From: an uncultured Patescibacteria group bacterium
Lineage (GTDB): Bacteria > Patescibacteriota > Patescibacteriia > UBA2591 > CALHIP01
Direction: 5' to 3'
Length of the DNA: 64,000 nucleotides
Assembly (NCBI GenBank): GCA_938030745.1
Contig: CALHIP010000008.1
Coordinates: forward strand, 2,297 to 66,296
In this document: positions 56,812-64,000 of the stretch, one piece after another
Numbering within the stretch: position 1 is the stretch's first letter
Layout of the letters: every line of letters starts with the position of its first letter
Made by a program: the position numbers and the translations under genes
The notes under the pieces: generated by a model
What the model saw: the letters and a program-made list of their open reading frames with translations, nothing else
Databases searched by the model: none
What the model was told of the DNA's origin: nothing

Positions 56812-59393
56812 AAATTTTTTTGTTTAAATATTAATTTACCAAATTCAATTAGAATTAAATTAATCAATCCTAAATCAATTAAGATTAACCAATCAGAAAA
56901 ATTCAAAGCTACTGTTTTTAAAAATTTTTGGAAAATTGGTAAATAGATAGCAATTAAAAACATCAATCCTCCAAAAATAACACTTAAATTTAAAAATAAA
57001 TTATCAAACGGATTATATTCCCAAATATTCTTTTTTAAATTTTTACAACCAAAAACATAAAAAAGGGTTGCTATACCTAAACCAACAAAAATCATTGTTC
57101 TCACATAAAATATATCTTTAGTTGTCTGCCAAAGAAATAAAAAGAGAGCTAATAGAATCAAATTAGTGAAAATACCAATAATGAAAATCATAAATCTCAT
57201 TTGTTTATCTAAGATTGGCACATCTAAACCTCTCGGTTTTTCTTTCATTAATTCTTCCGATGTTTTTTCATAGGCTAAAGCCATGGCAGGTGGCCCATCT
57301 TGAATAATATTAACCCATAAAATTTGGGCTGGTAAAACTGGCAGGGGCAAACCTAAAATTAAACTTGTTCCAACTAAAATTACCTCTGTAAAACTTGAAG
57401 CCATTAAATAAAGAACAATTTTTTTAATATTATCAAAAATCCCTCGACCTTCTTTAATTGCTTCAACAATAGTTTTAAAATTATCATCTAAAAGAACCAT
57501 ATCAGCGGTCTCTTTTGTTACATTAGTCCCTGAAGCTAAAGAAATGCCAATATCAGCTGATTTAATAGCTGGTGCATCGTTAATCCCATCACCAGTCATT
57601 GCGACAACTTCTTTTTTTGCTTGTAAAATATCAACGATTCTAATTTTATGTCTTGGCTCAACTCGAGCAAAAATATTAATTTTATTTATTTTCTTGGTCA
57701 TTTCTTCGTCAGTTAATTTATCAAGATCTTTTCCTTCTAAAATCTCTTTGTTAGTTAAGCCAATTTCTTTAGCAATCGTTTCAGTTGTTAATTTATGATC
57801 ACCGCTAACAATAATTGGTCTAATGCCTGCTTTTTGGCATTCTTTAATTGTTTCTTTTGCTTCTTTTCTTAAAGGATCTTTTAAAACAATAAGGCCGACA
57901 AAAACCAAATTATTAATATCTTCAAACGAAAGATTTAAAACTGTGGATTCAAAATTTTTATAAGCAAAAGCTAAAATTCTTAAACCACTTCTTGTTAATT
58001 CTAAATATCTTTTTTCTATTTCTTGATATATATCTTTAGTTAATTCTATTTCGCCTTTTTCTGTTTTAATATAACTTGACATTTTTAATATTCTTTCTGG
58101 TGCTCCTTTGACAAAAATAATTTTTGAATTTTTTGTTTTATGGAGGGTTGCCATCCACATTCTTTCTGAATCGAAAGGAATTTCGTCAAGGCGAGGAAAA
58201 TTTTGCTGATTTTTTTTATAATCTAAACCAAATTTTACGGCTGATAAAAGAATTGCTTTCTCTGTCTCATCACCGTGAAGAATCCAATTTTCTATTTTTT
58301 CATCAGGATTTTCAACGATGACATTGTTACAAAGTAAACCAATTTTTAAAACCAGGTCTTTAAAATTATTAAAAGTAATAATTTCAGAAACACTCATTTT
58401 CCCTTCAGTAAGAGTTCCAGTCTTGTCCATACAAATAGTTGTCACTGAGCCTAAAGTTTCAGTAGCAATTAATTTTCTTATTAAAGCCTTCTTTTTTAAT
58501 ATTCTTTGCATACCAATAGCCAGACAAACAGTAATAGCAATCACCAATCCTTCTGGGACGCCAGCGACTATTACTGCTATTGAGGTTAAAAGTATTTCTA
58601 AAAATGGTCGGCCTGTGGTTAGGCCAATAAAAAAAATAAACAAAGCTAAAATAATAATTACTGAACCAATGATTTTAGCTAAATTTTCTATCTTTTTTTG
58701 AAGTGGTGTTTTCTCTTCCTTTGTTTCTTTAATTAAAGTAGCAATTTTGCCAAATTCAGTTTTTAAACCAGTATTAACCACTACTGCTAATCCTTTCCCT
58801 CGACTGACAATTGTTCCAGCATAGACCATATTTTCTCGATCAGCTAAAGGTGTGTCTTTTGGTAAAATATCTATTTTTTTATCTGAAGGTCTTGATTCAC
58901 CGGTTAAAACTGATTCTATAGTTTGTAAATTATGACTTTTAATCACTCTGGCATCGGCTAAAACTATATCTCCTGCTTCTAAAATAACAATATCACCAGG
59001 AACAAGATTTTCAGCTGAAGTAAGAGATTGTTCATTGTTTCTAATCACTTTTGCTTTATACTCAACCATTTTTCTTAATTGATGAATTGCTCTTTCTGCT
59101 TTTTCTTCTTGCCAATAACCAATTAAAGTATTTAAAAAAACTGCCATTAAAATGACAGTTAAATCTTTAATTTCTTTTAAAATTAAACAGAAGAAGCCGG
59201 CAATGATTAAAATAATAATTAATGGATTTTTAAATTGAGAGAAAAAAATAATTAATTTTTCTGCTCTTTTCGGCTCTGGTAATTTATTAAAACCATATTT
59301 TTGAAGTCTTTTTTTTACCTCTTCAGGAGTAAGACCATTTTCATTAGTCTCTAATTTTTGAAAGACTTCTTCTTTACTTAAGGAATGCCACAT
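56808..59393 (-). CDS. Cation-transporting P-type ATPase (P2/Ca2+-like)
   Basis: LTGES, VPEGL, DKTGTLT, KGAPE, MTGDGINDAPA, QILWVN. Confidence 0.94.
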   Translation of the reverse strand: MWHSLSKEEVFQKLETNENGLTPEEVKKRLQKYGFNKLPEPKRAEKLIIFFSQFKNPLIIILIIAGFFCLILKEIKDLTVILMAVFLNTLIGYWQEEKAERAIHQLRKMVEYKAKVIRNNEQSLTSAENLVPGDIVILEAGDIVLADARVIKSHNLQTIESVLTGESRPSDKKIDILPKDTPLADRENMVYAGTIVSRGKGLAVVVNTGLKTEFGKIATLIKETKEEKTPLQKKIENLAKIIGSVIIILALFIFFIGLTTGRPFLEILLTSIAVIVAGVPEGLVIAITVCLAIGMQRILKKKALIRKLIATETLGSVTTICMDKTGTLTEGKMSVSEIITFNNFKDLVLKIGLLCNNVIVENPDEKIENWILHGDETEKAILLSAVKFGLDYKKNQQNFPRLDEIPFDSERMWMATLHKTKNSKIIFVKGAPERILKMSSYIKTEKGEIELTKDIYQEIEKRYLELTRSGLRILAFAYKNFESTVLNLSFEDINNLVFVGLIVLKDPLRKEAKETIKECQKAGIRPIIVSGDHKLTTETIAKEIGLTNKEILEGKDLDKLTDEEMTKKINKINIFARVEPRHKIRIVDILQAKKEVVAMTGDGINDAPAIKSADIGISLASGTNVTKETADMVLLDDNFKTIVEAIKEGRGIFDNIKKIVLYLMASSFTEVILVGTSLILGLPLPVLPAQILWVNIIQDGPPAMALAYEKTSEELMKEKPRGLDVPILDKQMRFMIFIIGIFTNLILLALFLFLWQTTKDIFYVRTMIFVGLGIATLFYVFGCKNLKKNIWEYNPFDNLFLNLSVIFGGLMFLIAIYLPIFQKFLKTVALNFSDWLILIDLGLINLILIEFGKLIFKQKNL

Positions 59394-59537
59394 AAAGAAT
59401 CAAATGAAGTAAATGATAAAGATTGTATTATTATATTCTTTTTTTAAAAAATAAACAAGTCTTTTTTAAATCTCTGTCAATGTGTTAACACGCTGGATTA
59501 GAAAATATAGATTGTTAAAGAAATATAAAGACTAACT

Positions 59538-60476
59538 TCATTTTTTAGTTATAAGAACTTTTTTTCTTAAAAGATAGAGAATAAAAAACACAATTAAAAA
59601 GATAATTAGAGTAATGATTAGATCTAACCAATTTTTTTGGGTTTTAGGAGGTAATATTTCAATTCTTTGATTGCCAGCTTTATCAATAGCTTTTACCTTG
59701 ATAAAACTTTTTAAAGTTTGATCAGCTAATAAATAAGGACTTTCTGCTCTTTGCCAATTTTCTTTATCTTTATTTTTTGTTTCTGAAACTTCATAGTGAT
59801 CAATGCCAGTTTGTTTGTCAGTAGTAAAAAAGACAATAAAGTATTTTCCATCAAAAATAGAAGGATCATTTTGGATTTTAATTTCAAATGACTCTGGTGG
59901 AATTTTGTCTTTTTCTAATTCTTCTTGCCATTCATTTTTTACTATCAAAGGTTTATCCTCTGAAATGTTAATTAAAGCAGATTTTAGGGTTAATTTTGTT
60001 GGTGTACCTAAACCATCGTTTAAAAGAACTTGACTTGTTTCTAAGAATTCTATTTTGCCAGATCCTTTTATAATATCTTTGCTTTTGAAAATAATTTTTG
60101 CTAACAAATTGCTTTTCCCAGGATCGCCAGGAATTTGGCCAGTATAACCACCGATAATACCGCCAGCAAAAGAAATAGTTCCTTCATCTCGATTGATTAT
60201 TGGCTGATGCGGAATGACTGTTAAAATAGAATTACCAAAACTTAAATCAATAACTTCTAATAAATCTTTAGGATATTTCAAATTAACTTCAACAACATTG
60301 ATATTCTCATTTGGTTCTAAATCTATCCTATTTTCAAGAACAAATATCTCGCCCACTTTATATTCAGCCATTGATGGTTCTAAATATAAAATAGCTGCCT
60401 GACAAGAATTGAAAATCAAAAATGAAAAAGCTAAAATACAAATCAAAAATGTAAAAAATTTTTCTTCTCTCTTCAT
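59538..60476 (-). CDS. Membrane-anchored cohesin-domain protein
   Basis: Signal peptide; LYLEPS..YKVGEIF..., NVVEVNLKYPKDLLEV, GTISFAGG, LAKIIFK, VLLNDGLGT cohesin-like pattern; Ig-like second domain (VKAIDKAGN); C-terminal TM plus basic tail. Confidence 0.7.
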   Translation of the reverse strand: MKREEKFFTFLICILAFSFLIFNSCQAAILYLEPSMAEYKVGEIFVLENRIDLEPNENINVVEVNLKYPKDLLEVIDLSFGNSILTVIPHQPIINRDEGTISFAGGIIGGYTGQIPGDPGKSNLLAKIIFKSKDIIKGSGKIEFLETSQVLLNDGLGTPTKLTLKSALINISEDKPLIVKNEWQEELEKDKIPPESFEIKIQNDPSIFDGKYFIVFFTTDKQTGIDHYEVSETKNKDKENWQRAESPYLLADQTLKSFIKVKAIDKAGNQRIEILPPKTQKNWLDLIITLIIFLIVFFILYLLRKKVLITKK

Positions 60477-60519
60477 TTTTTTGTTTTTAAAATTTTGTTT
60501 TGGTAGATGAAATGTGTGT

Positions 60520-61581
60520 TTACCCTGTCCAGTAATATAGCAAAATACTTAAATCTGTATAATTGACCTTGCCATCACCATTTAGATCAGCGCGTGGATT
60601 TTTTGGTTTGCCCCAGTTATAAAGTAAGATTGAGACATCAACAAAATTAATTGTATTTCGATCCTTTTTATCAAAATCACAGTTTAGATTGGCTTTATGG
60701 CATTTTTCAGTTGGTGGTGGTTTAGTCGGTAATTCTTCTAAAACTTGGAAAGACAATGTCTTAGAAAAATCAGTAATTAAACCATTTGGAGCTTGTGCCT
60801 TACTTTTGACTGAATGTTGGCCAATTTCCAATGGTGTCGTATCTAAATTATAAAAATAAGCGCCGACTAAATCGGCCTTAGTTTTTTTAATTAAAGGTTC
60901 AGTTGGAGAATAAACATAAATGATAATTTCAGATTGAGGAGCAGTCTGGCCCAAAATACCAAGTGTTTCACCTTTTTTAACTCGATCAGTTGTTAAATCA
61001 ATAGTTGGTGGCAAAAAAATGTTAGAAATAGTTGTTGTTACTCCAGCAGTAATAGTCACAGTAAAACTAAAAGTTTGTGATCTTCTGCCTTTGTTATCTT
61101 CAGCCCATAAACTAAAAGTCCAAACTCCGGCTGTAAGATTTGTTAATTCTATTTTAAAACTTGCACCTGGATCAGCAATTGTTGAACCAGCTACTACACC
61201 ATCTTTTAGTACTGTAACATTAGCCATTGGGTAAGCCATCCCTTGAATAATAACTCTAGTTTCAGCTGGTGGTGGAACATAAACACCTCCGCCACCTCCT
61301 CCACCGCCACTGTAACAGCCAGAGGTATCAAAGAGACAACCAGATGTACATCTTAATGTCCCTCCGCTATAACCTAAACTCTGACAAGTTGCTCCACCTA
61401 AATCAGTTCTATCGCATTGTTCTCCTTCTTCTTTAACATTATTGCCACAAACACTTATTTTAATTGTAGCCCAAATTGTGGCATTTTGAGCTTTTACATT
61501 ATAAAAATGATTAAAGGTTAGTCCAGCTAAAATAATCAAAAACAAAAAAATAGAAAGCCTTTTTTCGCTCTTTATTTTCAT
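60520..61581 (-). CDS. Secreted protein: Cys-rich module, poly-Gly linker, Ig-like domains, C-terminal dockerin
   Basis: CGNNVKEEGEQCD..CQSLGY..C..C..C; G8 linker; duplicated ANLNCD..INFVDVSILL / ADLNGDGKVNYTDLSILL. Confidence 0.8.
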   Translation of the reverse strand: MKIKSEKRLSIFLFLIILAGLTFNHFYNVKAQNATIWATIKISVCGNNVKEEGEQCDRTDLGGATCQSLGYSGGTLRCTSGCLFDTSGCYSGGGGGGGGVYVPPPAETRVIIQGMAYPMANVTVLKDGVVAGSTIADPGASFKIELTNLTAGVWTFSLWAEDNKGRRSQTFSFTVTITAGVTTTISNIFLPPTIDLTTDRVKKGETLGILGQTAPQSEIIIYVYSPTEPLIKKTKADLVGAYFYNLDTTPLEIGQHSVKSKAQAPNGLITDFSKTLSFQVLEELPTKPPPTEKCHKANLNCDFDKKDRNTINFVDVSILLYNWGKPKNPRADLNGDGKVNYTDLSILLYYWTG

Positions 61582-61600
61582 TTTTGTTTAAATTTAAAAT

Positions 61601-62218
61601 CTACTTTTTCCTAATTCCAATTTGCAGTGTAAAAAATTTTCGAAAAATTGCAATAATAATTGCCACAACTAACATTCCTAAAACAATCTGGCACCACGGA
61701 GAGTACATTACCCACAAAGAAAGAATTCGATAATAAATTCCTTCAAAAATATTAGCTGGAGCAACTGTAAAATATAGTTTAGCTGCTGCTGCTACACCAA
61801 CTGATGTTTGACCGGTTACTGATTTTTTTATTGGATGCCCTTCTAAATAAACAAAATAATTTCCAGGTTTTACTCCTTTTAAAGGTAGGCTCAATTTAAT
61901 TTGAACTTGCTGAACCTGGCCTGGTTTTAAATAAAAAGTTGATGGCTCAAAAGAAAACCATTCTTTTTTTGGTTTTAGTCCCATCTCTGGATTGGTTTCC
62001 TGTCCTTCATGATATTCAACAGAAACTCCGTATTCGCCTGGTTCATCGCCAGTGTTTAGAACTGGTAAAGAAGGTAAGGTATAAATTAATCCTGGCTTTA
62101 ATGGTTGATCAACTACGATCTTTCCTATTCCTACACCAACACCTATTTTCGCTAATACTAGAATGGGCAAAAAAAGTATTAAACAAACAATCAAACCACT
62201 GGCTTGGGCTTTTCTCAT
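61601..62218 (-). CDS. Membrane-anchored Ig-fold protein (PapD-like / WxL-interacting-protein-like)
   Basis: Signal peptide; VLNTGDEP, WFSFEPSTFYLKPGQVQQVQIKL.LP...PGNY, terminal strand VGVAAAAKLYFTV; C-terminal TM. Confidence 0.6.
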   Translation of the reverse strand: MRKAQASGLIVCLILFLPILVLAKIGVGVGIGKIVVDQPLKPGLIYTLPSLPVLNTGDEPGEYGVSVEYHEGQETNPEMGLKPKKEWFSFEPSTFYLKPGQVQQVQIKLSLPLKGVKPGNYFVYLEGHPIKKSVTGQTSVGVAAAAKLYFTVAPANIFEGIYYRILSLWVMYSPWCQIVLGMLVVAIIIAIFRKFFTLQIGIRKK

Positions 62219-62266
62219 ATACTAAATTTTAATTGCAAGTTAATTCTAGTTTTTATTTATTAGTTA

Positions 62267-62782
62267 CTAGCTAGCAGCCTCAGCCATAATAGTCACATCA
62301 ACTTGCTGTTCGGTATAGTATTGAGTAGCAGTGGGTGTGCCAAGCCTTAACTGAATTTCAACTGTACCATTAACAGGAATATTTGTATCCAATGTCTGAT
62401 AAGAAGTTGTCAAAGCTGTATAATTTGTTGGTGGATTTGAACAATCATAATCTGTGTCATTACAGAATTGATGAGTATATTGTTCATTACCAGGTGTTGA
62501 AGCCAAAGTCCAGTTAGCAGAGTTCTGACCTTTAATTTTAAAATTCTCAATCACATTACCATTATTAGTAGCAGTTTGCATCGCATTTAAATCTAAAGTG
62601 CTTTTCCAACTATTAAGCGGCATTGTTCCATATTCAACTCTTCCAGGATCAACTGAAACTGAAATATTCTGGGCTGTAACTGTAGCTTCTATTGTGGCTG
62701 TATCTGCTGCTTTTACCGTGATTGTCCCTATTGCTAAGCCAACTAAAGCAATTACTATTATTAAAGAAATTAGGCTTTTCAT
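62267..62782 (-). CDS. Secreted small beta-rich protein, putative major fibre subunit
   Basis: Signal peptide ending VKA; Thr/Asn-rich; alternating-hydrophobic N-terminal strand; homologous to the C-terminal domain of the upstream gene. Confidence 0.75.
   Translation of the reverse strand: MKSLISLIIVIALVGLAIGTITVKAADTATIEATVTAQNISVSVDPGRVEYGTMPLNSWKSTLDLNAMQTATNNGNVIENFKIKGQNSANWTLASTPGNEQYTHQFCNDTDYDCSNPPTNYTALTTSYQTLDTNIPVNGTVEIQLRLGTPTATQYYTEQQVDVTIMAEAAS
62375..62464. repeat. 90-bp repeat, copy 1 (87/90 identical to 63002-63091)
   Basis: Direct alignment by eye; encodes CNDTDYDCSxPPTNYTALTTSYQTLDTNIP. Confidence 0.9.
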
Positions 62783-62871
62783 ACTCTTTTTTTATAACTT
62801 TTTAATAAACTTAAAATTCGACCTTTAACTAAAGTAATTATAGCATAGATTATTAGTCAAGTACAGAATAG

Positions 62872-62880
62872 TTATCCACA
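62872..62880 (+). promoter_or_regulatory. Perfect DnaA box
   Basis: TTATCCACA upstream of the putative pilin promoter (extended -10 TGCTATAAT, 62845-62837). Confidence 0.5.
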
Positions 62881-62899
62881 AATATAATTTAATAATTTA

Positions 62900-64000
62900 T
62901 TACTGTACTGCTTGGATTGTTACATCAACTGATTGCTGACCAAAACAACTTGATTCAGTTGGAGTAGTTATTTGAAGTTGAATATCAACAGTACCACCTG
63001 GAGGAATATTTGTATCCAATGTCTGATAAGAAGTTGTCAGAGCTGTATAGTTTGTTGGTGGATCTGAACAATCATAATCTGTGTCATTACAAAATCGATG
63101 AATATACTGATCAACACCATTTTCTGAAGCCAATGTCCAGGTACAACCACCACCAGTAGCATTTTGTCCTTTAATATTTAAATTTACAGTCACATTGCCA
63201 TCATTAGTCACAGTTTGCATATCTCCATTCGGCGGCATATCACTAGGTAAGGTACTTTTTGAAGTATTGGCAGGCATAATACCGTACTCGACTCGTCCAT
63301 CAGAAACAAAGATTGAAATTAAAGCCATACTAGATTCCAACCACTCAATATCAAATCTAAATCTTACATTAGTATCACCAGCTGCTTGTTCTTGATAAAG
63401 AGCAATTCCTTCGCCAGGCTGTAAAATTAATTCGTCACCAAAGAAAATTTCAATTTCGTAATCACCGTAAGATTGATTGGCCGCACCAGGAACTGTCACT
63501 CCCAAAAACCGAGAATCAATAGTGCCAGCAAAATTAACTGTTACTCCACTAATTCTTATTTCAGCTGTTGAAGTTCCAGTACCAGTATGTTTTTTAGGAA
63601 TATCAGCATTTGAAATTTGTGTTCCGCCCAATGCTGAAGTTATTTTTCTTAAAGTTGCTGGAATATAACCTGGTGCAGTTAAGGTTCCAAATCTATCTGC
63701 TCTAATTCCTATTCTTTTGACAACATAATTTTTATTTGAATTTGAAGGATTAAATAAAGTAGCGTAAACATAATTAGCGCTTAAAGAACCATCAACAGGA
63801 CCAATTGTCATTAAATATTCTCCTTGAGAATTTGGAGTATTGGCTTGATTTACTTCTTGCCACTCAATTAAAATTTTGACCCTTAAATTACCACTGCCTG
63901 AAGCTGTGTCATGATGCAAAACAATTCCCTCTCCAGGTTGTAAAATAATTCTTTCATCATTGGCAAACAAAAGCTCTCGATAACCAGTTAAAGAAGGTGC
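62900..64000 (-). CDS. Large surface protein, 5'-truncated by the window; repeated beta domains plus C-terminal pilin-like domain
   Basis: Frame is open to position 64000 (APSLTGYRELLFAN..); ILQPGEGI...IEWxE occurs twice; the last ~140 aa match the 171-aa protein. Confidence 0.8.
   Translation of the reverse strand, partial: APSLTGYRELLFANDERIILQPGEGIVLHHDTASGSGNLRVKILIEWQEVNQANTPNSQGEYLMTIGPVDGSLSANYVYATLFNPSNSNKNYVVKRIGIRADRFGTLTAPGYIPATLRKITSALGGTQISNADIPKKHTGTGTSTAEIRISGVTVNFAGTIDSRFLGVTVPGAANQSYGDYEIEIFFGDELILQPGEGIALYQEQAAGDTNVRFRFDIEWLESSMALISIFVSDGRVEYGIMPANTSKSTLPSDMPPNGDMQTVTNDGNVTVNLNIKGQNATGGGCTWTLASENGVDQYIHRFCNDTDYDCSDPPTNYTALTTSYQTLDTNIPPGGTVDIQLQITTPTESSCFGQQSVDVTIQAVQ
63002..63091. 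repeat. 90-bp repeat, copy 2
   Basis: Matches 62375-62464 with three substitutions. Confidence 0.9.

Noticed and set aside
62375-63091. 90-bp repeat as a DGR template/variable pair
   Set aside because: Both copies are in-frame coding, two of the three differences are silent T/C changes on the coding strand, and no reverse transcriptase is present.
2124-63668. Short antisense or out-of-frame ORFs in the track (e.g. 4743, 13064, 17274, 22742, 36374, 40439, 54100, 58318, 61019, 63477)
   Set aside because: They are shadows of well-supported genes on the other strand or frame and show no recognisable motifs.
1-64000. CRISPR array, transposase, prophage or retroelement
   Set aside because: No regularly spaced repeat-spacer series and no recognisable cas, transposase, capsid or reverse transcriptase ORF.
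1-64000. Alternative genetic code (UGA read as Gly or Trp)
   Set aside because: Conserved genes are full length under code 11, several end in TGA with coupled ATGA overlaps (e.g. 19420-19423, 22183-22186), and tRNA-Trp has a CCA anticodon.

Overview
Very AT-rich bacterial chromosome segment. Gene content and style suggest Patescibacteria/CPR (Parcubacteria-like), standard code 11; this is inferred, not proven. Most of it is housekeeping: tpiA/fba, six tRNAs, rpmG, rpmA, dnaX, priA, clpB, gltX/serS/lysS/argS/gatB, greA, fmt, miaA, tsaB/tsaC, a partial dcw cluster (mraZ-rsmH-ftsL-ftsI-murF), alr with two ddl paralogs and ftsQ, thyX/tmk, metK, RNase P RNA, rnhA and a P-type ATPase. No CRISPR array, transposase or prophage was seen. 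Highlights: (1) a five-gene surface locus at 59.5-64 kb that looks like a donor-strand-type fibre (pilin, tip adhesin, membrane-anchored chaperone-like protein) tethered through a dockerin-cohesin pair; (2) a single Xer recombinase with a symmetric dif-like site in its own leader, near where gene orientation switches; (3) many apparently leaderless transcripts, plus a recurrent GGTCGA motif about 30-35 nt before ATG in SD-less leaders, once separated from the ATG by a 66-nt hairpin; (4) a tandem Ddl pair with KY versus KF omega loops; (5) 7-bp-period repeats in frame inside core enzymes; (6) CIRCE, MraZ boxes and scattered DnaA boxes. All protein calls are from motif recognition by eye, without database searches.
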